A DNA stretch of 64,000 nt, taken from contig CAWHVC010000005.1 of NCBI GenBank assembly GCA_963832745.1, positions 320,001-384,000 of the forward strand. The letters are read 5' to 3'. Shown one piece after another: positions 18,302 to 28,522 of the stretch; within the stretch, counting starts at the first letter, position 1; every line of letters starts with the position of its first letter. Below the pieces are notes generated by a model. That model searched no databases and was not told the DNA's origin. It was given only the letters and a program-made list of their open reading frames with translations. The translations under genes were made by a program, and so were the position numbers. This DNA is from Candidatus Bathyarchaeota archaeon (lineage in GTDB: Archaea; Thermoproteota; Bathyarchaeia; Bathyarchaeales; Bathycorpusculaceae).

Positions 18302-19155
18302 CTGCTTTCCTCGGTGGCGGGCAAGCGTTTAACAAGTTCGTTAACGGCGGTGTTTAGTCGTGTACAGATTTCTTTTCGCACTTCAACTGACGTGTCAACT
18401 TCAAGCTTCTCCAACTCCTTGCGCAAACCATCAGATTTGGCTGAAAGCTCTTGTTTCTTGGCGACGTAGCTGTCATGCAGTTTATCCTGTTCTAACGTGA
18501 AGTTTTGCAGGGTTACTTCCATCTGGTTCTTAGCAGCAGTCAATTCCTGCTGAGTTTGCTCAAGCTTTTTCGCCGCAGCTTTTTTGGCGCCGTACTGGAA
18601 AAACCCAAATTTAAGGTTCTGTTGCTGGGAAACGTCGTCTTCAAGGGTCTTGATTCTGACAGTTAAACGTGTTACGTCAGCGTTACGTTTGTTGCTTAAA
18701 CCACGGTTTTTCTCAGCGTAATCTGCGTCTGCATCCCCCAGTTCATGGTTAACGTCATGGAGGGTTTTTTCGGTATCTGAGATGGTGGTTTCTTGCATGC
18801 GCCGTTCAGCCAAAGCGGATTGAATATCCAGAAACGCTTGTTCTCGTTCTTTGGTGAAGGTTTCGTCGGCTTTCACGTTTGGGTTAACTTCAAATTCAGA
18901 TACAACTTGGCGCAGATTAACCAGCCAATCATCATAATATTGACTAAAAGGTGACAACGCGAAGGTTTGGTTTCCGAGACGTTCGATGCTGGCAACGGTT
19001 TTTTCTGCAATCTCTTTCAACGTGGGCTCCGCAGTTTCTTCTTTTAGGTATTTGGCGCCAGTTTTAGGCTTTTTTGTTCTGGACTTCTTTTGGTTTGAGC
19101 TTTTCTGGAATTTGGCGCCTGAATTACCGCGGGGGCCTGATGAACTGGAACTCAT
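18298..19155 (-). CDS. coiled-coil hypothetical protein with basic N-terminus
   Basis: LGNQTFALSPFSQYYDDWL segment followed by long heptad repeats. Confidence 0.7.
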   Translation of the reverse strand: MSSSSSGPRGNSGAKFQKSSNQKKSRTKKPKTGAKYLKEETAEPTLKEIAEKTVASIERLGNQTFALSPFSQYYDDWLVNLRQVVSEFEVNPNVKADETFTKEREQAFLDIQSALAERRMQETTISDTEKTLHDVNHELGDADADYAEKNRGLSNKRNADVTRLTVRIKTLEDDVSQQQNLKFGFFQYGAKKAAAKKLEQTQQELTAAKNQMEVTLQNFTLEQDKLHDSYVAKKQELSAKSDGLRKELEKLEVDTSVEVRKEICTRLNTAVNELVKRLPATEESS

Positions 19156-19244
19156 AACAAACCTTTGAGGCACAAGAAATATTTAAACAATCACACAAAC
19201 CCACTCAAAACAATCCGGTAAACGTCAAATTGTTAAATAACCAA

Positions 19245-19350
19245 CCTATTTGGAGCCTATTAGGATCCTAATAGTGGTTCTATGCAAAAACCTAAGGGGG
19301 GTAGGTGCTAATGACAGAAAAACCGCTTCATTAATACATTGAAAAACAGT
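19245..19350 (-). repeat. dispersed intergenic element, copy 2
   Basis: reverse complement TTTTCAATGTATTAATG...ACCTACCCCCCTTAGGTTTTTGCA...CTATTAGGATCCTAATAGGCTCCAAATAGG; contains a perfect 18-bp palindrome at 19257-19274. Confidence 0.85.
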
Positions 19351-19391
19351 TGAATGGGTAAGGAAAAACCTAAACCCAAAAAAAGCGCTGG

Positions 19392-20603
19392 CTACTTAAG
19401 GATTTTTAGTCCTTGAAGGACATTTTTGAATTCATCATCATTTAGCGATGCACGTCTGCCATTAGCGTAGATGTCTTTAACTTTGTCTACGACGGTTGCA
19501 ACGGTTTGGTCGTCGGGTTCGGTGCCTACGATTTCAGCGATTTTGTGTTTGATTATGCCTTTGCCGGATTGTTTGCCGATGGTTAAGCGGCGTTGGTTGC
19601 CAACGAGTTCTGGCGGGTAAGGCTCATAAGTCCAAGGGTCGTTAAGAACACCGTGGGTGTGGATGCCGGATTCGTGAGCAAAACCGTAATCGCCAACGAT
19701 TGCCTTGTTAGGCGGCACATGGAAGCCAGTTGCGTGACCGATGAAGTTTGCGACTTCTTTGAGTTTGCCGGTTTTCCCTTCAAACTTGCATACGCCATGA
19801 TGAAGGTAAAGGTTCAGCAAGACTTTTTCGGTTTCAGCGTTACCTGCACGTTCACCTATGCCAAGATAAGTGGTACTTGCGTAAACTTTGTCCCATACAC
19901 CTTGCGAAGCTTTGATTGCAGCCATAGTGTTTTCTACAGCGTTACCAAAGTCGTCATGGGCGTGGATTTCGATAGCTTGAATTTTTGTTTCTTTTTTAAT
20001 TGCAACAACTTTTGCCGGAATACCGCTGGGCAATGGCGCTTCTACATCTGAGAGACCGATGCCGACTGTGTCACATACACGGTAGCATTCTGCACCAGCA
20101 TCAGCGACGCCATTGATTAATTCGCGTTCAAAATCCCAGTCTGCACGGGTGCTGTCTTCTCCGTGAACAAACGTGCGTAAGCCGTAGGTTTTGGCAGCGT
20201 ATTCGGTTACGTCGATTAGGTTAGCTAGGATTTGTTCCCGGGTTTTTTCTGGCCATTTGGCTTTGAAATGAATATCCGAGACTGGGTGAGAGATGCCTAC
20301 TTCTTTGAAGCCAAGTTTTACTGCGCTGTCGATGTCTTCTTTTACTGCGCGGCACCAGCCTGCAACCCTCATGTCTAGGTTCATGTCAAGAATGAGTTTT
20401 GCTGCTTGTTTGTCTGGTTCTTGGTAATGGAACACTTCTATTCTTTCTACGCCTACTTCGCTTAGTAGTTGGGCTATGTGTGCTGCATCTTTTGGTCCAA
20501 CGGCTAAGCCGGGCATTTGGATACCGTCTCTTAGTGTGCTGTCATCAATTATTGGTTCAGTTTTTAGTTTGGGTAGTTTAAAATAAAATTGATTTAGTTC
20601 CAT
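19392..20603 (-). CDS. DRE-TIM acyltransferase (homocitrate/isopropylmalate/Re-citrate synthase family) lacking the C-terminal regulatory domain
   Basis: DSTLRDG.Q, EDSTRAD, CDTVG, HAHDDFG, GIGERAGN, FAHESGIH. Confidence 0.85.
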   Translation of the reverse strand: MELNQFYFKLPKLKTEPIIDDSTLRDGIQMPGLAVGPKDAAHIAQLLSEVGVERIEVFHYQEPDKQAAKLILDMNLDMRVAGWCRAVKEDIDSAVKLGFKEVGISHPVSDIHFKAKWPEKTREQILANLIDVTEYAAKTYGLRTFVHGEDSTRADWDFERELINGVADAGAECYRVCDTVGIGLSDVEAPLPSGIPAKVVAIKKETKIQAIEIHAHDDFGNAVENTMAAIKASQGVWDKVYASTTYLGIGERAGNAETEKVLLNLYLHHGVCKFEGKTGKLKEVANFIGHATGFHVPPNKAIVGDYGFAHESGIHTHGVLNDPWTYEPYPPELVGNQRRLTIGKQSGKGIIKHKIAEIVGTEPDDQTVATVVDKVKDIYANGRRASLNDDEFKNVLQGLKILK

Positions 20604-20815
20604 TTTTGCGTCTCTCTGTCTTGTTTTTATGCTTCTCCCCAAGCATAATGTAACGCTAATTAACGCTTCTGTGTCATTGATAAATATTTCTGCATAGTTT
20701 TTGCAATAATGTTCAAAGACTTACGTTACTTAATTTTCGTTTGTATTGTCACATAACAAGTAAAACCTTTACACATAACTAAGAAAAATGTGCATAAACG
20801 GGCAGCCAAACATCA

Positions 20816-21127
20816 TTAAAGCTTTTCAAACAACGCCTTAATAGTACCCGAAACCGCCAAAACATGAACAGCAGCATCCACACCCGCAACACTCGTGACG
20901 CAAGCCAAAGACGCACGAACAGCATCCAACGTTTCAAGCGACGTACGAACCACGGCAACCTTACGTTCAACATCATAACTAATCAAAGCCATACTCGTCA
21001 AACTCGCACCGACTTCACCGTAAAGCCGCGCAACAGAACCCCAAATCGCATCCATCAACTCTTTCTCGCCAGGAACACCCTCAAGCTCCAACTGCAAAGC
21101 CAAATAACGACGCTTCACACGCTTCAC
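20816..21127 (-). CDS. rnp2: RNase P protein Rpp14/Pop5
   Basis: KRRYL, LYGEVG, VSGTIKAL motifs. Confidence 0.88.
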   Translation of the reverse strand: MKRVKRRYLALQLELEGVPGEKELMDAIWGSVARLYGEVGASLTSMALISYDVERKVAVVRTSLETLDAVRASLACVTSVAGVDAAVHVLAVSGTIKALFEKL

Positions 21128-21858
21128 GGGTCATTACCCTCCTTAACAATACGGATGCCTGGCGCAACAAAATTGCCGCCGAGTTTCTCACGGTTACGCA
21201 AAACAATCGCCAACGGATTAGAAGAAACAGCATCTAAAGCTTCAACCTCACCTAACCCAAACAGGTACGATAAACTTGCCATGTCACGAGGCATACGCAT
21301 AAAACGCTCTTCACTTACACCGCTGGAAACAATCAAAGGCACACCAAAAAGTTTAGCGATTGCAACTTCACGGCGCAGAGTGGAAAGGAAACGGATACGT
21401 GCAGGACCTTCTAAAACAAGCAAGGGTTTAACGTCAATTTCCAAAGCTGCAAGACTGCTGCTGGCAAGTTCAGCTTCGGGACGGTCAAAAAACCGTTTTC
21501 GGTAATCAAGATGAGGGAAATTTAGCAAATCCACACGGCGATCCTTGGCGGCTTGACGAGAAATTTCTTTGGTATCGCAAATTACGCAGAGAACATCAAA
21601 TTTCCGTCTTAACCTACGAAGGTTGCTCATGAGGTCGTTTTCGTTTCTAGGTCGCAAATCTGCCCGCAAAACCAGTTTTATACCGACAGCTTTGCAGGTG
21701 GTTTTTAGGTTTTCAATTTCTTCCCCGGATGGTTCAAAAGTGAAAGGCACAGAAATATAGCGGTAACCAAATTTTGCTGCCCGGTTGATTGTGTGTTGGA
21801 GGGTTTGGGTTTCTTTTGGGTTAACTTTTAGGTGCAGGTCAGCAAAGGCGCGTTTCAT
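21124..21858 (-). CDS. rnp3: RNase P protein Rpp30
   Basis: AAKDRRVDLL, ALEID, VSSG..MRMPRD motifs; adjacent to Pop5. Confidence 0.88.
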   Translation of the reverse strand: MKRAFADLHLKVNPKETQTLQHTINRAAKFGYRYISVPFTFEPSGEEIENLKTTCKAVGIKLVLRADLRPRNENDLMSNLRRLRRKFDVLCVICDTKEISRQAAKDRRVDLLNFPHLDYRKRFFDRPEAELASSSLAALEIDVKPLLVLEGPARIRFLSTLRREVAIAKLFGVPLIVSSGVSEERFMRMPRDMASLSYLFGLGEVEALDAVSSNPLAIVLRNREKLGGNFVAPGIRIVKEGNDP

Positions 21859-22301
21859 GGTAGCAACCCGGATTGTTTGAGAATCTCCATTATTTCTTCG
21901 GGTGTCTTGTTTTTGAAGTGAATTTTAACGTGGATTGGGTCATTTTGCGCGTATTTAAATTTACCAAGAAAAGCGGATTGTTTGTCAAAACGTAGGTAAA
22001 GGTTGTGTTTTTCTAGGTGAAGCTTGATTTCGTCATTCAACTCTTCTTTATCTAAGGCGCTTATGTTTTGACCTATCTTTTCAAGTAAAAGTGGAAGAAG
22101 TTTCTTGTCAGTTAATTGAGAGGTAAAAAGGGTGATGGGGTTTCCATGATGCCCTGTTAAACTGCTTTTTTCAAATTGGGCAGTTTCCGTTAAATCAGTT
22201 GGCAGTAGATTACGCAATGCAGTTAAGACTTTCTCTGGGTCTTCTGTTGCGTGAGCAAAGACTCTTAAATCAACATAGCCAATTGGCGGTTTTTGGGACA
22301 T
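21855..22301 (-). CDS. RNA-binding protein, COG1325 (exosome-associated family)
   Basis: HATEDPEKV, GHHGNPI, LYLRFDKQ. Confidence 0.85.
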   Translation of the reverse strand: MSQKPPIGYVDLRVFAHATEDPEKVLTALRNLLPTDLTETAQFEKSSLTGHHGNPITLFTSQLTDKKLLPLLLEKIGQNISALDKEELNDEIKLHLEKHNLYLRFDKQSAFLGKFKYAQNDPIHVKIHFKNKTPEEIMEILKQSGLLP

Positions 22302-22351
22302 TGGACACCGATTTTCTTTTTAGACTACTAGCATTTAGCTTTTTTCTAAGC

Positions 22352-22561
22352 TTATGCTTCAGGCTTCTTGGCAGCTGCATGTGCTTTTAAGGATTCAATG
22401 TTGCTTTCGTGCACGCTTTTGCGTCGGAAATCAACTGGTAAACCCAGCTGTTTAGCTTGAAACGGGCTTACGCCTGCTTTTGCTAATTCATCTCGACTGA
22501 AGCCTTTTCCACACTTGGTTTTGCCGTTGGGCCTTTGAATGGTTGGTTTTATGTGGTGCAT
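22352..22561 (-). CDS. rpl13e: 50S ribosomal protein L13e
   Basis: GKGFSRDEL..AG and VDFRRKS.HE.N motifs. Confidence 0.85.
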   Translation of the reverse strand: MHHIKPTIQRPNGKTKCGKGFSRDELAKAGVSPFQAKQLGLPVDFRRKSVHESNIESLKAHAAAKKPEA

Positions 22562-22564
22562 AAT

Positions 22565-23152
22565 TTATTGATCTCCGTGTTTTCTTGCGCCTTTACGGAG
22601 GCTTGGTCTGACTTTTTCTGCTCCGCGTCCACGATGGCGCAGGCCTCTAACGTGTTTGCCTGCACTTGTCATGCTTCTAAAGACGCGGCTTGTATGTTGA
22701 CGTTCAGCAATCCAGTTAATGTCTTTGTCTGATAGTATAACTGGACTGTTAGGATCAACTAGAATTACTTCAAACCATTTGCTTCTTCCGTCTTCACCAA
22801 CCCAGTAACTGTTAAGGACTTCTAGGTTAGGGAACTTCTTTGCTGTACGTTCTTCAGCGATTAATCGGATGCTTTTTGCTGGCTTAAATTTGGCGACACC
22901 CATACGTTTTGGTCGTCTTCCAGCTTTTGGTCTGATTTTGCGTAGTCCACCACGTCTTACGCGTGTACGGACAACTACGAAGCCTTGTTTTGCTTTGTAG
23001 CCAAGTTTGCGTGCTTTGTCAAGTCTTGTTGGATGTTCGACTCGTGTTACGGTTGGTTGTTTTCTCCACTGTACTAAGCGTTGACGCATTAGTTCTTCAA
23101 CAAAGGAGTCTTCGGGCTTTGCCCATTCTTCTGCTATGTATTTATAGGCCAT
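22565..23152 (-). CDS. rpl15e: 50S ribosomal protein L15e
   Basis: [32 protein letters not shown]. Confidence 0.97.
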   Translation of the reverse strand: MAYKYIAEEWAKPEDSFVEELMRQRLVQWRKQPTVTRVEHPTRLDKARKLGYKAKQGFVVVRTRVRRGGLRKIRPKAGRRPKRMGVAKFKPAKSIRLIAEERTAKKFPNLEVLNSYWVGEDGRSKWFEVILVDPNSPVILSDKDINWIAERQHTSRVFRSMTSAGKHVRGLRHRGRGAEKVRPSLRKGARKHGDQ

Positions 23153-23188
23153 TTTTGTTTTTTCACCTAAATTGTTTCATTTGTTTAC

Positions 23189-23255
23189 GGTTCAGCCTTT
23201 CGGCCACATCCCTGCGGACGTGTTTGTCCGCCTGCAATTTCACATCAGAGTGGCA
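23189..23255 (-). ncRNA. structured 5' leader of rpl15e (eL15 r-leader-like)
   Basis: hairpins GCGGAC-AAACAC-GUCCGC and GCC-GAAA-GGC within GGGAUGUGGCCGAAAGGCUGAACC. Confidence 0.55.
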
Positions 23256-23487
23256 TTGCATGAAATAAACCTTTCCAGAAACATTAACAATCTTGACACG
23301 TTAAGACCTAAACAAAGAAGCAATAACAAGACAATAATAGTGAATCTTAAATTTTTTTGTGACTTCAACTTTTTGTTGTTGACAAAAACAGCGCATACAT
23401 GCAGAATATGATAAACTTGCTGAAATTTAAGTAATAAAATAATTAATGGGGAAAAATTGGTTGTAAAAATAAAAGTTGAGGCGTTAT

Positions 23488-23808
23488 TTACCCGAACAGG
23501 GCGCCTAATCCTTCTAATGCTGCTTCTTCTTTGGCTTTTTCTTCTTCTGCTTTCTTCTTCTTGTCTTCTACTGGAGCTGCTGCTTTAGCTTCGCCGCCTG
23601 CTGGAGCTGCTACTGGAGCTGCTGCCATCATGGTTGGTGCTGCTTTGATTGCTTCTTCAATGTTTACTTCACTGAGTGATGCTACGAGTGCTTTAACTTG
23701 AACTGCGTCAACTGTTATGCCTGCTGCTTCAAGAACCTTTGTAACTGATTCTTCGTTGATTTCTTTACCTGCCTTGTGAAGGAGCATTGCTGCGTAAATG
23801 TTTTCCAT
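23488..23808 (-). CDS. rpl12p: 50S ribosomal stalk protein L12p (P1)
   Basis: [11 protein letters not shown], Ala-rich hinge, GLGALFG C-terminus. Confidence 0.97.
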   Translation of the reverse strand: MENIYAAMLLHKAGKEINEESVTKVLEAAGITVDAVQVKALVASLSEVNIEEAIKAAPTMMAAAPVAAPAGGEAKAAAPVEDKKKKAEEEKAKEEAALEGLGALFG

Positions 23809-24085
23809 ACCTTTTCACCTCTTCATTCAACTATTTTAACCTTTTCAGTTGGTCTGACCGACTTCACGCTGGAAGTTAGCCGTTACCATGAATTGCAGTT
23901 GACCTGCATTATCTTGCCGTTTAGATGAATACCCTATGCCTTAAGAACTTTTCGTAGCACAATTGTTGCTGGTTAACCTAAAACGCATGCGTAAGCAAGC
24001 CAGATAATTGACGGTAAATTAGCGCTCATCAGACAAAATTCTTGAAGTTTAAACAAAAAATTGCTATTTCTTGGCGGATTAAAAA

Positions 24086-25201
24086 TTATAAGGGGGCATT
24101 GGAAGGCTCGGCTTGGAGGGGGCTGGGCTCTTTTTGTTTCTTATGCATAAGAGTGCCAACGACTGCAACGGGTATCCAACCTGTTATTATGCACACTGTT
24201 GCGGGGAAACCTTGTAAACCTGTGATTGCGAATATGTCAATCAAGAATACTTCCCAGATTCCGAAAGCTAAAACCATTGCAATGATGGATGCATAAGCGT
24301 ATTTTTTGCCGAATTGGTTGAACGTTTGAATTGCTAAAATGCCTGCAAAGAAGAAGTCGCCAAGGCCAAGTCCTCTGAAAGCGATAACGCCTTCTGCAGA
24401 TAAATGCAGTGGAACGTTTGGCAGATAAATTAGCACTGGAAGTCCTAAACCTGTGAATGTTTGAGCTGCTGCAACCATTGGTCCGCTGAATACAAGTATT
24501 ATATCCAGCACTGTAAGTAAGCCTGCAAAGATTGCTACTGTTTTCCAGTTAAACATTGGACTAAGATATAGTATGATTAAGATTGCAAAGGTTGCACCGA
24601 AAATATCCAGTAGAATGGGGAACCAAATGTTTAGTGTACCCTCGAAGTGAATTAGGTTGAAGAATATGAATAATAACAGAAACAGGGCGGGGGGCTGAAT
24701 AGAAATGTACCATTTTGCTTTTTTATCGTCAGGTTTTCTTAGTTGATAACCTGCTATTGCAAAACACAGGATTGCTAAACCAAAAAAGGCACCTACCCTA
24801 AAAACGGTGGCTTGATCTAAAAGCGGACCTAAAAGGCTAGCTACACCGAACGATAAGCTTGCTACCCCAAATATTACCGAAAAGAGGAGTGCACGGGATT
24901 TTTTAATGTCTGAGAACAGGTAAGTAAAAGTGAATAATAGCATGCTGTAGGAGCCTAAGAATATTGCTAAAAGCACGTTTTCGAACATGTCTCCTGGATT
25001 AATGAACGAAGCTAATGCAATAACTGAAATAACAATAGCCATTGTTACAACAAGCATTAAGATGTCTTTAGTTTGGAATTCTTTTTCTTCAACTGAAGAT
25101 TTAAGCCGGGGTTCGGCGCGTTTGTTAAGAAGAACTGCTGCTGTAACCACAAGCAGTAAAGCCAATGGCATAGCAATGTCAAGAGTCGGCATAGACTCCA
25201 A
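24086..25201 (-). CDS. GxGD intramembrane aspartyl protease (presenilin/signal peptide peptidase-like)
   Basis: multi-TM; LTVLDIILV (first Asp), GLGLGDF, GFPA (PAL-like). Confidence 0.75.
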   Translation of the reverse strand: MESMPTLDIAMPLALLLVVTAAVLLNKRAEPRLKSSVEEKEFQTKDILMLVVTMAIVISVIALASFINPGDMFENVLLAIFLGSYSMLLFTFTYLFSDIKKSRALLFSVIFGVASLSFGVASLLGPLLDQATVFRVGAFFGLAILCFAIAGYQLRKPDDKKAKWYISIQPPALFLLLFIFFNLIHFEGTLNIWFPILLDIFGATFAILIILYLSPMFNWKTVAIFAGLLTVLDIILVFSGPMVAAAQTFTGLGLPVLIYLPNVPLHLSAEGVIAFRGLGLGDFFFAGILAIQTFNQFGKKYAYASIIAMVLAFGIWEVFLIDIFAITGLQGFPATVCIITGWIPVAVVGTLMHKKQKEPSPLQAEPSNAPL

Positions 25202-25280
25202 ATTAATAGAATGAAGAATTTATTTGTTTACCCAAAACCGTGAAAAAACACCGAGACAAAAAAGAGTAAAAACAGAGAGG

Positions 25281-26135
25281 TTACAGGTTGAAGTACACGT
25301 TAAAGATTGCTAAAGAAGCCAAAAGTGCTTCTTCTGTGCGTACCGTCGCTGTTCCCTGTTGAGGAATGGTGTTAACTATAAAATCTGAGAGGTTTTCAAT
25401 TCGCAAGCCTTCATCTCTGACGATTTCATGTAATCCACGTGATGGGGCACCAAACGCAATCAACACACGCTCGGCATCATTCCAGCGTTGGGCAATTTTG
25501 TCGGCAACGTCAATAAAACGGTCTGCAATGCGGGCAGTCGAAATAACCAAATCAAACTTTTCAGCCTGCAACATATGCCCAAACGATTCATCTTCAACCT
25601 TTACATTAAAACCCCAGTAAGACGGAACATCGTCACGGTTGACGGCTTGAACCTCAACACGGTCGCCGCCCCTTATTACCTGAACAGTTAAACGTTCACC
25701 AACAGAAAACTGCCTTTCACGCAACAACGCAGTACTTTGAACACCAATATCCACTATTAATCCTTCTCTAGACTGATTTAGAATTATTCCCTCACGGTAT
25801 TCGCCGACTTTTAGGTCACGATTTTTGCCGCTGGTTGGATGATGAGGCGTGCGCAGTGGAGGCAGAATTCCGGCGTACTGCAGGTCTGGCTCTATCTTGA
25901 AAAGACTTTTTCTTAGGTACTGGGGGGTTTCAATGTAGTTTAGCAGTTTTGCGATGAAGTTAAGATCGCGTGTTTGATTTACATGCGTGTCGTCGGGGTA
26001 AACTATTATTTCGTGTACTCTGAAGATGGCGGCTGCTCTTCCGATTAACCCTATTTTAGCAGTTTTTTCTCGCAGGTGAGGGGTGTCAGAGATTACTGAT
26101 GCTGGAATAGCGATTGCAAGTTTACTTTTGTTCAA
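25281..26135 (-). CDS. SPOUT RNA methyltransferase (DUF171/COG2106)
   Basis: IAIPAS, RAAAIFRV, ETPQYLRK, LPPLRTPHH, QGTATVRTEEA. Confidence 0.9.
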   Translation of the reverse strand: MNKSKLAIAIPASVISDTPHLREKTAKIGLIGRAAAIFRVHEIIVYPDDTHVNQTRDLNFIAKLLNYIETPQYLRKSLFKIEPDLQYAGILPPLRTPHHPTSGKNRDLKVGEYREGIILNQSREGLIVDIGVQSTALLRERQFSVGERLTVQVIRGGDRVEVQAVNRDDVPSYWGFNVKVEDESFGHMLQAEKFDLVISTARIADRFIDVADKIAQRWNDAERVLIAFGAPSRGLHEIVRDEGLRIENLSDFIVNTIPQQGTATVRTEEALLASLAIFNVYFNL

Positions 26136-26226
26136 ACTTTTTTCTTCCTATGTGGATTGTGTCTGCGTTCAGCTTAAAAAGGTGAGCAGAGATATAAAAA
26201 TAGGAAGTACGGTTGAGGTTTAAGCG

Positions 26227-27408
26227 ATGGATGAACGCCTTTTAGAGAACCCGGAAAAAATGAAGTTAATAGATAAAGCTGACATGCTAAATTTTTGTCT
26301 TAACATGTGCAGGCACTATCAAGAAGCAGCTGATTTAGCTGCAGGCATTATAATCAATTATCCTACACCGAGCAACATAATTGTGACGGGTATGGGTGGC
26401 TCAGCTATTGGTGGCGAATTGCTTAAAGATTGGGCAAAAGAAAGAATCCAAGTTCCAATAGAAGTTAACAGGGATTACCAGTTACCAGCTTACGCTAACG
26501 AGAAAACTTTGGTTCTTGTAACCAGCTATTCGGGGGATACAGAAGAAACCTTAAGCTCACTTCTTGATGTGCTTAAACGTAAATGTATGGTTTACTGCAT
26601 AACAAGTGGCGGCGCATTAATCGAAATCGCAGAAAAACTTAACATTCCCTACTTGCAGGTTCCAGCAGGCATGCCTCCCCGTGCAGCATTACCGTACATG
26701 CTTATGCCCCTGCTTTTTATCATGGAAAAGTTAAGGTTGACTTCTGGAGTTAACGAAGAGCTTGATGAAGCTTTGCCATTTATAGAAGAAATTGAAAGGT
26801 TAAACGCTGCTGAAACGTCTGTCGAATACAGTCCAGCAAAAACTTTAGCGGCAAACACTGAAGGGTTCGTTCCAGTCATTTACGGTTTTGGCGTCTTTAG
26901 CAGTGTTGCAAGACGGTTTAAGCAGCAAATTAATGAGAACGCTAAAATGATTGCAAAATGGGATAACCTGCCAGAGTTTGACCATAACGAAATTGTGGGT
27001 TACGAAAAAGCGGAAAACATTGCTGACGGGTTTGCAGCCATTTTCATTCGAGACAAGGATGAGCCCAGCGAGATTCGGAGCCGTATTGAAATTACAAAGA
27101 AGTTGATGGAGCCCGCTGGCATTGGCATTTATGAGGTTTGGAGTCAAGGCAAAAGTAGTCTTGCAAAAATGCTCTCGGTTATTGCAGTTGCTGACTTTTT
27201 AAGCGTCTACTTGGCGATACTGCGGGGAATTGACCCTACACCGGTTCAGACAATTAATAAGTTGAAGAGCTCATTAAAGCAGAACGGTTTTAGAGAGCAA
27301 GTCATTAAACAACTGGAAAAAATGAGGACACTAAACATGCCAATGTTCCCAAAAAAAACAAACCTTATTAAAACAATGTGTATTTCCAATAAAAATAAAA
27401 ACACTTAA
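26227..27408 (+). CDS. bifunctional phosphoglucose/phosphomannose isomerase
   Basis: GMGGSAIGG, SYSGDTEET, PRAA, RFKQQINENAK, PEFDHNE; the C-terminal tail after ~27320 is doubtful. Confidence 0.92.
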   Translation: MDERLLENPEKMKLIDKADMLNFCLNMCRHYQEAADLAAGIIINYPTPSNIIVTGMGGSAIGGELLKDWAKERIQVPIEVNRDYQLPAYANEKTLVLVTSYSGDTEETLSSLLDVLKRKCMVYCITSGGALIEIAEKLNIPYLQVPAGMPPRAALPYMLMPLLFIMEKLRLTSGVNEELDEALPFIEEIERLNAAETSVEYSPAKTLAANTEGFVPVIYGFGVFSSVARRFKQQINENAKMIAKWDNLPEFDHNEIVGYEKAENIADGFAAIFIRDKDEPSEIRSRIEITKKLMEPAGIGIYEVWSQGKSSLAKMLSVIAVADFLSVYLAILRGIDPTPVQTINKLKSSLKQNGFREQVIKQLEKMRTLNMPMFPKKTNLIKTMCISNKNKNT

Positions 27409-28419
27409 TTTCTGCTTTTCTATTTTACCTTCATTTCGGGTTTTTCTGTACATTTTATCGATTAAAACTACTGCAACCGCCAGAACAATCATTACTCCAA
27501 TGGCTAATTGGGCACTGTTAGCTCCAAAGATGCCGCTTGAAACATTCACGCTTGAATGAAGCAGAATACAGCCAAAAAGGTTGCCACCTGACCTGTTGTA
27601 GTACCAAGTAAACAGTATACCTAATGGAACATTGAACAAGAAACGTAACAGAAAACCTTCGATGCTGTCACCGTAGAAAGCAGTCATGTGCAATGGGAAA
27701 TGCCAAATTGTCCAGATAACCCCGATAACTAAGCCAGTTATCAAAGGCGTAAAACGATGCTCCATTCGGGGGGTTGCAAATCCTCGCCAGCCGGGCTCTT
27801 CATTTAAGGGTCCACCGAAAAAGAAAGTCGACGGGTAAGCAAGTAATGAAACAAGCAGCAGATTGGCAGATATTGAGAGCAGTTCTGTTCCGCCCAGACC
27901 AAAATCGATTAAGGTGCCCAAGAATTGCCAAGCAAAAGGCAAAAACACTGCAACCCAAAGCCAAACGTTTCTGGGTGACACACGTTTTAAGCCAGACATT
28001 AGTTGTGCTACGCCTTGTTTTGGGTGGTAAACGCTTGAGATTACATAGGCAGCTAGGGTTGAAGCAGCGGCAGCGGCGAAAAGGGTCAATGGTTGAAAGT
28101 TGAGGTTTTGATTAAGTAGAGCAAGTATTTGAAAAGCGAAAGTGAACGTGAAGATTACTGTGAAGGTTATCAACCGCTTTTTTGTGGAAGCGTTTGAAGG
28201 TGATGGGTTAACGATTGAAGTGACAAGAATTGCTGAAAGCGCAGGGCCAAAAGCAGCTATAAGGTCGATAAGGTTTGTTGCGGCTGTGTCGTTGCCTCCG
28301 ATGAATGGCGCAGTGAACCATACAATCCAAGAAACTAGAAAAGTGATGACAAAAAAGGCGATTGTTGGCTGTTTTATGATTTTTTGTTTAAGCCATGTTT
28401 GTGACGTAAGTACACCCAA
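27331..28419 (-). CDS. CPBP/CAAX (Abi) intramembrane metalloprotease
   Basis: EEPGWRG, WHFP, HSSVN motifs. Confidence 0.9.
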   Translation of the reverse strand: MGVLTSQTWLKQKIIKQPTIAFFVITFLVSWIVWFTAPFIGGNDTAATNLIDLIAAFGPALSAILVTSIVNPSPSNASTKKRLITFTVIFTFTFAFQILALLNQNLNFQPLTLFAAAAASTLAAYVISSVYHPKQGVAQLMSGLKRVSPRNVWLWVAVFLPFAWQFLGTLIDFGLGGTELLSISANLLLVSLLAYPSTFFFGGPLNEEPGWRGFATPRMEHRFTPLITGLVIGVIWTIWHFPLHMTAFYGDSIEGFLLRFLFNVPLGILFTWYYNRSGGNLFGCILLHSSVNVSSGIFGANSAQLAIGVMIVLAVAVVLIDKMYRKTRNEGKIEKQKLSVFIFIGNTHCFNKVCFFWEHWHV

Positions 28420-28522
28420 AGTGCGGTTTAAGCGTTAAGCTAATCAAGCAAATGGCTTTTTGAATTAAAAAGGCTTCTAGAATTTGGCAAAAAATAGTTT
28501 GTTAAAAATGGAAAGGAAGGTT

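Noticed and set aside
20864-21505. 213 aa plus-strand ORF
   Set aside because: Antisense shadow of well-supported rnp2/rnp3; the same applies to most short ORFs overlapping identified genes.
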